Below are positions 45,903 through 54,107 of a DNA stretch of 64,000 nucleotides, piece by piece (position 1 is the stretch's first letter; each line of letters opens with the position of its first letter). Source of the DNA: a virus. The stretch is from IMG/VR virus record IMGVR_UViG_3300032579_000531, positions 14,033 through 78,032 of that record; one strand, 5' to 3'. A model generated the notes under the pieces. The model did not search any database. It saw only the letters and a program-made list of their open reading frames with translations, and was not told the DNA's origin. The translations under genes were made by a program, and so were the position numbers.

Positions 45903-46802
45903 TTAATGATGCTGTACAATGTTCCAAGTATTACTGCTACCACTACTTTGAATATTTGTAGTGTTGTTACCGCTTGTAGCTGTTTGGTTCACAGTAAATG
46001 TATTGCTATTACCAGTTAACCCTAATACTAACGTGTTATCGTTACTACCAGTTTGGCTTGCTGTAATAGTATTACTAGAACCTGTTAAACTTCCAACTAC
46101 TGCTAGGCCAGTTGCATTATAACCACCAATAGTAATACTGTCGCCATTGGAGCCACCAGTTTGTGTCAACCCAAATGTATTACTTGCACCTGTACTGTTT
46201 AAAGTAACACTAGCATTAGTTGCCGCTGTTGTTGTAGTCCCTTGAGTCATTGTTAGACTATTACTTGCGCCACCGTTCATTGTGATATTATCAGTATTAT
46301 TTGTACCGTTAACAATAGCAACAATAGAGTTACTACTACCGCCTGCTGTCACAGCGGTAAAGTTGTTACCTGTACCTAATAAGTTAATATTCAAATTGGC
46401 AGTATTACCAGTTTGTGTTACACTAATATTATTACTTGCACTTGTAGCAGAGCCATCATTGTTACTATTGATCACTGCTGTTGCATTGTTACCTGTCACA
46501 GAGTAATTGTAATTGTTACCAGTTAATCCGTTGGCCACAGTTGTCTGGATACCTAATTGTAAGGTATCGCCTGTGCCTACTTGATTTACTGTTACGTTAT
46601 TACTATTACCAGTAATTACTGCCGGTGTTGTTGCACTTGAACCTGTGCCTTGTACACCTTCTACTGCATCACCTGCGCCATTTTGTGTAATTGAAATGTT
46701 ACTGTTACTACCTGATTGATTGATGTAGATGGTGTTATCTGCACCAAATGCACTTATAGTCACTACGGCTAGCATTGTTGTTATTATTTTCGCTAGTTTC
46801 AT
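45903..46802 (-). CDS. curlin-repeat protein (CsgA/CsgB-like)
   Basis: Signal peptide; repeated (I/V)xQxGxxN/GxxN units, rich in N/G/S/T. Confidence 0.8.
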   Translation of the reverse strand: MKLAKIITTMLAVVTISAFGADNTIYINQSGSNSNISITQNGAGDAVEGVQGTGSSATTPAVITGNSNNVTVNQVGTGDTLQLGIQTTVANGLTGNNYNYSVTGNNATAVINSNNDGSATSASNNISVTQTGNTANLNINLLGTGNNFTAVTAGGSSNSIVAIVNGTNNTDNITMNGGASNSLTMTQGTTTTAATNASVTLNSTGASNTFGLTQTGGSNGDSITIGGYNATGLAVVGSLTGSSNTITASQTGSNDNTLVLGLTGNSNTFTVNQTATSGNNTTNIQSSGSSNTWNIVQHH

Positions 46803-46873
46803 TTTACTACTCCTTTTGGCCCCTGGCCTTATGTCCTGCGGTCCCTGCTTCTCCGCTGGTTGTTTTAGTTACT

Positions 46874-47836
46874 TCACTTTACTACCCCCAACTTTGCTTC
46901 TACATCTGCAGGTAAGCCTGTTTTATTAGACATACCTAATGGAATTGTTGGCTCGCCCTTGGCATTAGGATTAATATACGCTGGCGCTACTTGGTTGTAG
47001 TCCCATACCCCTTTGCGTTGGCCTTCCTTGATTAACTCTACTACACTTGCTTCAATAGTTGATTTAAGTGCGATAGTGGTTGCTTCGTTGATTGTTAAAC
47101 CTGATTCAAATTGGAATATTGCTGCCGCAGCATCTGTTGCGCCGGTATTAGGTGCGCCAATTTGCGTAACCATATGTCCCAAGCTACCTGGATCTATACT
47201 CTTAAAGATTGCAATACTATCTGCTGTTGAGTAAATGATCTTGGTAACAGTTACACTGGCTAGAATCTTACCGGTGTTAACACTGATAGCACGTAGACTA
47301 ATTGTGATAATATCTTTACTGTACTGAGTTGTTGGGCCAATACCAAGGAAGTTATATCCTGTACCACCAGACTCCAGTCCGGTATCGTAACCAATAATTC
47401 CGCCTTCAATAATTACGCCGGCAAACTGTAATGGCATTAGCTTCTGTGCATCTTTACCTTCATATGCTTGACGCATTTGAGTAATGATTAACCGCTCTTT
47501 GGTCAAGGCATCAATGTTTCCTCGCTCAACAACATCAAACCATAAACCGTGACCAACGTCTTGCAAACTGCGAATTAATAGTGCATCGCCACCTTGTGTA
47601 ACTGCTGTACTAAAACTGGCAATACCAGGAACTGCTTTACGTTGTCCTGTTTTATCTGCAAAGTTGTAGACAGCCACAGTTAAACGACCAGCAGCAGGTG
47701 GAGGAATAGCATCAAACTCTTTTTGTAATTCGTTTTTAGGTACTACAGGTTTTGCCTCTAGTACTCCCATTTTTTGGCTTATAGCACAACCAGAAAGTGC
47801 CGCTATTACCATTATGGATAAGAGTAATTTTTTCAT
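46874..47836 (-). CDS. csgG: curli secretion channel CsgG
   Basis: Lipobox LSGC; VAVYNF.DKTGQRK, FSTAVTQG, F.VVER..L.KER.II, EGGIIGYD. Confidence 0.93.
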   Translation of the reverse strand: MKKLLLSIMVIAALSGCAISQKMGVLEAKPVVPKNELQKEFDAIPPPAAGRLTVAVYNFADKTGQRKAVPGIASFSTAVTQGGDALLIRSLQDVGHGLWFDVVERGNIDALTKERLIITQMRQAYEGKDAQKLMPLQFAGVIIEGGIIGYDTGLESGGTGYNFLGIGPTTQYSKDIITISLRAISVNTGKILASVTVTKIIYSTADSIAIFKSIDPGSLGHMVTQIGAPNTGATDAAAAIFQFESGLTINEATTIALKSTIEASVVELIKEGQRKGVWDYNQVAPAYINPNAKGEPTIPLGMSNKTGLPADVEAKLGVVK

Positions 47837-48303
47837 TAGTTTCCGCCTCCGGTAATGTTAAATTGACTCAATGGAATATTAATTGTAGTTACGTTACCCA
47901 CGTTGTCTGTTACTTGCAATTGGATTTGACTACCATTATTGTTATAGTAGATCGTGTTGCCCTGGAAGGTAATCTGGCCAGTACTACTGCTACCGCCGGC
48001 AAACATTGCAGTGGCTAAATTCTGCGAAATCTGTGCATAAACACGCGATTCCAGGTTGGTTAGGAACTGATTTATAGGGGTATTGGCTGCATCTGCCTTG
48101 GCTTGTTGCGCGGCCGCTGTAAGTGCTTGCTGAATAGTCAATGCACGTTGATACTGCTGATTTTCCAAGGCCATTTGGAAAGTTGAGTAGCCGTTACCAT
48201 TCAAACTAGCACTTTTAAATGAGTAGTCTGATATTGTAGTAGCGTAGGTGGTTGTCGCGGATAAGGCGATTGCGGTTAGAATAACCTTGTTGATAATTCT
48301 CAT
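47836..48303 (-). CDS. csgF: curli assembly protein CsgF-like
   Basis: Signal peptide; YSFKSASLNG N-terminal motif; F..NLESRVYAQIS; adjacent to csgG. Confidence 0.75.
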   Translation of the reverse strand: MRIINKVILTAIALSATTTYATTISDYSFKSASLNGNGYSTFQMALENQQYQRALTIQQALTAAAQQAKADAANTPINQFLTNLESRVYAQISQNLATAMFAGGSSSTGQITFQGNTIYYNNNGSQIQLQVTDNVGNVTTINIPLSQFNITGGGN

Positions 48304-48403
48304 TACTTCTACCCCTGTTATTATTATTATAAGGTAGTAAAGTCGTGTAGACTCTAGCTCCTATAGTATTTAATAGGACCTAGAACAAGAATTATGTAGT
48401 ATT

Positions 48404-48712
48404 TTAAATTGTAGGTATTCTTTTAATTATTTCTTCGTAGAAAGAGTCCAATTCTCCACCAAATTGACCTATCAGATGATCTGAAATATCTTTGCAGAGC
48501 TGGTAATTTTCTTCTTTGAGTGCTTTGATAAAGCCTTCGTGTAACTCTATATAGTTGGTTAAATTTGTAAATCCAGAAAGTCCAATCTTTTCAGGAGGCA
48601 CTACACAATAGGTAGTTACCGGAATACCCTTAACATCAAACGTCTCAAGTTCTAATACTGTATGAGTTTGTTTTAATTGTTGTACTGCTCGGTGGTCCCA
48701 AACTATTTGCAT
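48404..48712 (-). CDS. stand-alone homolog of the cyclase C-terminal tail
   Basis: LELETFDVKG...H...L.GQFGGELDSFY...I.R resembles the cyclase C-terminus. Confidence 0.6.
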   Translation of the reverse strand: MQIVWDHRAVQQLKQTHTVLELETFDVKGIPVTTYCVVPPEKIGLSGFTNLTNYIELHEGFIKALKEENYQLCKDISDHLIGQFGGELDSFYEEIIKRIPTI

Positions 48713-49242
48713 TACCTATCCTTCGAAATCTTTAATCTGCGGTAAATCTCTTGTACACCCTGCGCTTGGCTAATACAATCTTCCAAGGCATTGTGTAAGC
48801 CAGCTTTGCCTTTTTCGCGAGGGTCGCCGTGTACACCAAATAAGGTACGGCTGTCGCGAATTTGCCAAAACTGCCATGGAGTTGGCCAGCCCTGTTGACG
48901 ATAAATGTTTTCAAGAATAACAATGTCAAACGCAGGTCCTTGGCACCAGATGTTGGTTACACCTACACAAAACCGATTTAGGTCTCGGTACAGAGTTTCT
49001 AAACTAACACGGCCTTCTTCGCTAAGTGCTTCTTCACGAACATCCTGTGCTTGCTGTCCCCACCATGCTAGTGTATCTTCCTGTACTTCACGTCCCAGGG
49101 CTAGTTGTTCATCAACATCGATGCGATGATATAAGCTATCACCAAAACTATCTACAGTATAAGGATCAAACTTAACAGCACCAATTGTGAGAATAGCACA
49201 ATCTGGGCGTGTACCTAGTGATTCCAAATCTAACATTATGTC
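48712..49242 (-). CDS. DEDDh 3'-5' exoribonuclease (Rv2179c-like)
   Basis: IMLDLESLG, FD..IL, RDSRT, HNALED; start approximate. Confidence 0.85.
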   Translation of the reverse strand, partial: DIMLDLESLGTRPDCAILTIGAVKFDPYTVDSFGDSLYHRIDVDEQLALGREVQEDTLAWWGQQAQDVREEALSEEGRVSLETLYRDLNRFCVGVTNIWCQGPAFDIVILENIYRQQGWPTPWQFWQIRDSRTLFGVHGDPREKGKAGLHNALEDCISQAQGVQEIYRRLKISKDR

Positions 49243-49248
49243 CACAAT

Positions 49249-49728
49249 TTATCCTTGCTTTAAAATTTTAAGAGATTCAGATTCCACTACACGTCTACGT
49301 AATCCTGAGCTAGAAAAGGAATGATCACGACCATTATATACAAGCTCTATTCCCCGACGTATGCATTCCATTCTTCCTGAGAATTCTTTATCTTTGTATT
49401 CAACACCAAGTACTCGTACGTCAAGTGGTAATATTAATAATAAGTCTATTAGATCTTGTTCTGTTTGATAAACAACTACTTCGTCTACATACCGACAAGC
49501 GGCCAATTGAATTTGACGTTCCACAATACTTTGAACAGGATGGTTCTTGGTTTCAGGACGATCAATTGTTGGATCTGTTTGCAAGCCGGCAATCAAGTAA
49601 TCGCAATGATTTTTTGCTTCTGACAACATAGAAATATGACCGGCGTGAGGACCTAAATCAAAAGTACTAAATGTAATTCCAATTCTTTTACCTTGTTCTT
49701 TTAATTCTCGTATTTTATTAAAGATCAT
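49249..49728 (-). CDS. cytidylyltransferase (TagD/RfaE-like)
   Basis: TFD..HAGH, LIAGLQTD, ER...L..C.YVDEV, SSSGLR. Confidence 0.88.
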   Translation of the reverse strand: MIFNKIRELKEQGKRIGITFSTFDLGPHAGHISMLSEAKNHCDYLIAGLQTDPTIDRPETKNHPVQSIVERQIQLAACRYVDEVVVYQTEQDLIDLLLILPLDVRVLGVEYKDKEFSGRMECIRRGIELVYNGRDHSFSSSGLRRRVVESESLKILKQG

Positions 49729-50416
49729 TTTTATATACCATTGATATTTTTTGTTGTTTTACCATTGTGTAAAATGTTGCCCTGTGTTTTATACCCAAAT
49801 CTATCATAGCATCTTTAATTGATGGATATTCTATATTGTTTATTATAACAGGTTTATATTTTTGTGTAAAGGGTTTTCCTTTTCGTTTTGCAGATGCTTC
49901 TGCATGAGCTTTTTTCCATTCTGCCGATTTTGTGTAATTTTTATTCGATGCTTTTATTTTTTCTATTGTTTCGGGTGTGTGTTTGTAACCAAAATGTCCG
50001 TTAGATTTTCCTTTTTTGGCTTCGCTTATTTTTTTTGAACGTGTTGCTTTTTCTTCTTCTGTTAAAGAAGCATGCCACTTTGTTAACCCAATATTTCGTT
50101 GATTAATTATGGTATTTTTATTAGGATGATTTAATATAGTGTTGCCACCATCACCTCCGCTGGCAATATTATATAAATCATTTAATGATTCGTATAAAGA
50201 AATGGTGTCTATTTCCAGCCGATTTAGCTCATCAACTGTTTTTGCCCAGTGCAATATTTCTATTTTGAAATTATCTTTACCGTATTTTTTAATAGCAGAT
50301 TGTAGTGCTATTCCAGATCCATAATAATCTTTATCAAAAATAGGTTTTGTTCTTTTGCCAATGTAACAACGATTATTAATTAAGTTAGTTGTTTTATAAA
50401 TGTAGCCAATATACAT
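49718..50416 (-). mobile_element. free-standing GIY-YIG (Seg-like) homing endonuclease
   Basis: GYIYKTTNLINNRCYIGKR, YYGSG, YNI..GGDGG, HTPETIEK; AT-rich. Confidence 0.88.
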
Positions 50417-50467
50417 AAGTATTCTCCTTATGTTTATTTACCACCTTTTGTCAGTTTAACCTATTAA

Positions 50468-50785
50468 TCATACGTCTTGTTCAATTTTAACTTGTAATGG
50501 AAATCCGTTGTTACGTGCCAACAGGGTCACTTCAATACCCTTTTGTTCGGCCAGTTCGTACGGTAATACTGCTACCACTGCTGAACCTTCTTCGTGTACT
50601 CGCATGGTAATTGCTTCTGCGGCACCTTCATCATAATTAAAAATAATTTTAAGTGTTTCGACTACAAACTCTTGTGTAGTAGTTTCGTCATTGATATAAA
50701 CAACTCTGTACTGTGGCGGTTCTGCAATATTGGATTTAACTTCAATGCGGGGGCGCACTTCTATATGTGTTCTAGTTTTAGACAT
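50468..50785 (-). CDS. clpS: ClpS adaptor
   Basis: PPQYRVVYINDETT..EFVV, VHEEGSAVV, ELAEQK, FPL. Confidence 0.92.
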   Translation of the reverse strand: MSKTRTHIEVRPRIEVKSNIAEPPQYRVVYINDETTTQEFVVETLKIIFNYDEGAAEAITMRVHEEGSAVVAVLPYELAEQKGIEVTLLARNNGFPLQVKIEQDV

Positions 50786-50850
50786 TGATTCACTCATGGT
50801 AGGAATAAGGGATGATTTGTTGTTCATCCCTTATTATACAGCCTAACTAC

Positions 50851-51309
50851 TTATTTTGCAAACTTAATGGCAATCTGTTTTGGTTGCTTTTCTTCCGGAA
50901 TGTTACGTTCCAGAGCAATGGTCAGAATACCATTTTTAACTACTGCACTCTTTACTTCTACATGTTCTGCAAGAGTAAAGGTACGAGTAAAGTTGCGGTT
51001 TGAAATACCCTTGTGGATATAAACAGTTCCTTCTATTTCTGGTTGAACTTCTTGTTCTCCAGTGATAGTTAGAATATTATCCGTTAGTTCGATTGAAAGT
51101 TCATCTTCCGCAAATCCAGCAATAGCAATTTCAATAGCATGATGATTCTCATCGTATTGAATAATGTTATGTGGGGGATAGTTGTCTACCTTGGAGCCGG
51201 TTGTGCGATTAAGCTGATCAAATAATTGATCGAAGCCAATGGCATTGCGATGCATTTGTGCGGCTAGTGTAGGTAAATCGAGGGTGCGAAGTGTGTACTG
51301 ATTTGTCAT
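50851..51309 (-). CDS. small heat-shock protein Hsp20/IbpA-like
   Basis: IGFDQLF, NYPPHNI, HKGIS.RNF, NGIL.I.L. Confidence 0.93.
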   Translation of the reverse strand: MTNQYTLRTLDLPTLAAQMHRNAIGFDQLFDQLNRTTGSKVDNYPPHNIIQYDENHHAIEIAIAGFAEDELSIELTDNILTITGEQEVQPEIEGTVYIHKGISNRNFTRTFTLAEHVEVKSAVVKNGILTIALERNIPEEKQPKQIAIKFAK

Positions 51310-51372
51310 TTGTTTTCTCCTTTATTAAGCAAGATGACTATAAAATGTAGACCCGATTATTCAGCATCTACA
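51310..51372 (-). promoter_or_regulatory. ROSE-like RNA thermometer leader
   Basis: Bulged hairpin, then TCTTGCT-TAATA-AAGGAG. Confidence 0.6.
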
Positions 51373-51407
51373 AATATATTTATACTACTAACCAAATTGG
51401 GTTTCGT

Positions 51408-51578
51408 CTATTTCGTCCGGGGATTGTTTTTATCTACTAGAGCTAATAGAGTTTTGTACTTTTTCCACTGCTCCATTAATGCTGGATTCAATTCCCTTAA
51501 CTCTTTTTCCTGTAAATATTCCAAAAGAATATTATGCTTGTCAACTACCAACAAGGTATACATGTCCAACATTTTCAT
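51408..51578 (-). CDS. small hypothetical protein
   Basis: ELRELNPALMEQWKKYKTLLAL; start uncertain. Confidence 0.6.
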   Translation of the reverse strand: MKMLDMYTLLVVDKHNILLEYLQEKELRELNPALMEQWKKYKTLLALVDKNNPRTK

Positions 51579-51579
51579 G

Positions 51580-51834
51580 CTAGTAAAGTTTTTTAGGCAG
51601 GGATTCGGACAGTAACTTTTTGCGCCAACGGTTCTTGGCCGCTGCTTTGGCTTTCTTACGTGCTGTTGTAGGCTTTTCGTAAGTTTCACGTTCTTTGAGT
51701 TCACGAAGCAAGCCTGATTCCAAGACTTTCTTCTTAAATTTGCGTAGAGCTTTCTCTACGGGTTCACCTTCACGTAACGTGACTGTGTTGCCTTTGCACA
51801 TGTTTGCAATATCGTTTTTTGGGTAGTATGCCAT
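51580..51834 (-). CDS. rpsU: ribosomal protein bS21
   Basis: V.LREGEPVEKALRKFKK...G...E...RE.YEKPT..RK; C-terminal LPKKLY. Confidence 0.93.
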   Translation of the reverse strand: MAYYPKNDIANMCKGNTVTLREGEPVEKALRKFKKKVLESGLLRELKERETYEKPTTARKKAKAAAKNRWRKKLLSESLPKKLY

Positions 51835-51854
51835 AATATTATTTAGTTGGGTTA

Positions 51855-53768
51855 TTATTTCTTTAAAAATTCTTCAATCTTACTGCGCTCTAAGTCCGAT
51901 AAACTATCCACATCGTAACGACCTTCTGCGATTTCGTTTATTAAATGCTTGATATACTCTTCTTCGTAAGCATACACGTCAATGTTGTCTTTGTCAACCT
52001 CTATCCACTTATAATCGTTAAATTTGAACAAACGATTTGGTAGGTAATCTGTACGTAAGTAGGTATCACCTTTTTCTGGATTTGTTGGGAATGTATTGCC
52101 AAAGTCACTGTGACTGGCTTTGCCTAACACAGGAGCATTATCTGCTTCCACTGCTATATGGCTGTGCATAACGTGGCGATTGCGCCCTGGAGCTGCTTCT
52201 CGAGTTACTGCTGTAACAGGAGTAGTTTCAACCACAGCTTCGTCGGGAGCAATTCCTGTTTCGTCTGGAACGTATTCTGGATTTACTTCACCAGTGTTGG
52301 TTAAGTATCCAATGTCTATTAGTTGTTTAACAGCTTCATCTTCGTCTACCTGAGTAGCAGGAGTCCATAATAAATCATTTGGAGTTTCAACATAATCGCC
52401 GGGACGTTCATCCATTGATATATTATAATTAGATTCTGGAAAAGCAATGCGAGTAATTAGTACAGGTTCTTCTTCGATTACAGATTCCGGTTTGTCTTCA
52501 AACATTTCTTCTACAGGTTCGTCATCAATCATTTCAAATGTAAATGGTGTAACAGATTCAGCAGGCACTATTTCCGTTTGTACTTCTCCTACCAATTTAG
52601 GTTGCATATAACTTGCAGTCATTGGCATCCCATATGATACTCCCTTGCCGCGGAATGGGTGCTCATCTACTACAGGTTCTTCGACTTCCAACGGAAGTTC
52701 CTCACGTTGTTCAAATACAGGAACATCACCAAGGTCATGTAGTACATCTACAAGATTCTGATGAGGTACATACGGGGAGTAATCGCCTTCGCGGAAAGAG
52801 GGTTCTAATTTACCCAGTTCCTCCTCTAACTCTGGTGTCAATGCAATAATCTTAGACTTTGGCTTAAATCGTTCTCTAAGGTTGTGGTAGTCGCTTATAC
52901 GCTTTTCTAATGCATCTGCAAACGCATTGAATATAGTTTTTGGTGGAGGCATAATAGTAGGATCACTATCTACCATACCATCATCATCGGCACTGGCACG
53001 TGCTTGTCTAATCTCACGCCGCCATCCAAATGTCATTTGGCTTGCCAACAACATGATAACTGCCAAGGGATCAAATACAATAACAATAAGGATAATGATC
53101 CAAGTTACTGCTTTTTCCAACATGTTGGCATCTGGTGTAGTACCGTAGATAAATGCCGCAATGTACTTGATAGGGCCAACTTCTGCATCTACCTTACGAA
53201 CTTCAGCACGGATAGGTGCAGCTTCGTCGTTTAATTGGGCAATAAGTTTTTGGTTTGATTCAATGTCTCGAGCTAGGCTAGCACGGTCTTTAGCTTGACT
53301 ACGACGTATAGCTACCGACTTGTCAGCGCCAGTTTCACTTGTACTACGTGCCATTACTTGATCAACAGCATCATCCATTTGACGTAACTGTTTACGGCCG
53401 GCATCAATGTTGTCACGTGCTGTTCGAATCTTCTCATCGTAGATTGCTATTTTGGATTGTACATCGCCGGATACTAAGTTTTGGTCATTATGTGCTTTGC
53501 TCAGGAAACCAAAGATGCCCATACTTGTGATCAACATTAATATCACAATGGCAATAACCATATAGGTCTTCATTAAGCGTGGTACTTGTGTCCAGTATTG
53601 CTTGATCCAGGTAGCACAAACTAACTTGGCTACCTCAAGGCTTGCACCCATGATCATGATTGGGATAGCGGCCGCGGAGAAGATTGCTGTGAGACCAACT
53701 ACTGAATAGTAAATGGCTACAGAGCTAATGGTTAAACCGGTGATGAGTAATAGGTAAGCAAGTATCAT
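51855..53768 (-). CDS. multi-TM coiled-coil membrane protein with acidic tail
   Basis: Three N-terminal TM helices, coiled coil, TM (IVFDPLAV), long E/P-rich region, C-terminal FP.NP..GD.YLR domain. Confidence 0.75.
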   Translation of the reverse strand: MILAYLLLITGLTISSVAIYYSVVGLTAIFSAAAIPIMIMGASLEVAKLVCATWIKQYWTQVPRLMKTYMVIAIVILMLITSMGIFGFLSKAHNDQNLVSGDVQSKIAIYDEKIRTARDNIDAGRKQLRQMDDAVDQVMARSTSETGADKSVAIRRSQAKDRASLARDIESNQKLIAQLNDEAAPIRAEVRKVDAEVGPIKYIAAFIYGTTPDANMLEKAVTWIIILIVIVFDPLAVIMLLASQMTFGWRREIRQARASADDDGMVDSDPTIMPPPKTIFNAFADALEKRISDYHNLRERFKPKSKIIALTPELEEELGKLEPSFREGDYSPYVPHQNLVDVLHDLGDVPVFEQREELPLEVEEPVVDEHPFRGKGVSYGMPMTASYMQPKLVGEVQTEIVPAESVTPFTFEMIDDEPVEEMFEDKPESVIEEEPVLITRIAFPESNYNISMDERPGDYVETPNDLLWTPATQVDEDEAVKQLIDIGYLTNTGEVNPEYVPDETGIAPDEAVVETTPVTAVTREAAPGRNRHVMHSHIAVEADNAPVLGKASHSDFGNTFPTNPEKGDTYLRTDYLPNRLFKFNDYKWIEVDKDNIDVYAYEEEYIKHLINEIAEGRYDVDSLSDLERSKIEEFLKK

Positions 53769-53875
53769 AGTTTGTATTTATTGAGTTTTAGCTCAGTAAT
53801 AATACTACAATAAATGATGTTTGTCAACAATTATGGTTACGATTCTTCTAAATAATATCCTGTTTGTATATTTAG

Positions 53876-54091
53876 TTACTTCCACGGACGGCCCTTGATT
53901 AGGCCTCCCACATTGGCATTGTCTACTACTACATTTCCAGAATAAAGTGTAGGCAATTCTGTAGTATCTAAGGTGTGTAGTGTTCTATATCCCGTGGTGC
54001 CAGCAGTGGCACGTTTGGTTGCGGCCAGGGCCAACTTGGCCTCTTGTTTGGCCTGTTTGGTTGCGAGTGTTGAGATTCCGTTTGCTGACAT
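53876..54091 (-). CDS. small late protein
   Basis: MSANGIST...GGLIKGRPWK; TAAATA 7 nt upstream. Confidence 0.7.
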   Translation of the reverse strand: MSANGISTLATKQAKQEAKLALAATKRATAGTTGYRTLHTLDTTELPTLYSGNVVVDNANVGGLIKGRPWK

Positions 54092-54107
54092 AGTATGTTA
54101 TTTATCG

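Noticed and set aside
30988-50416. Group I introns around the GIY-YIG genes
   Set aside because: The flanking genes are intact and there is no room for an intron core; the endonucleases are free-standing.
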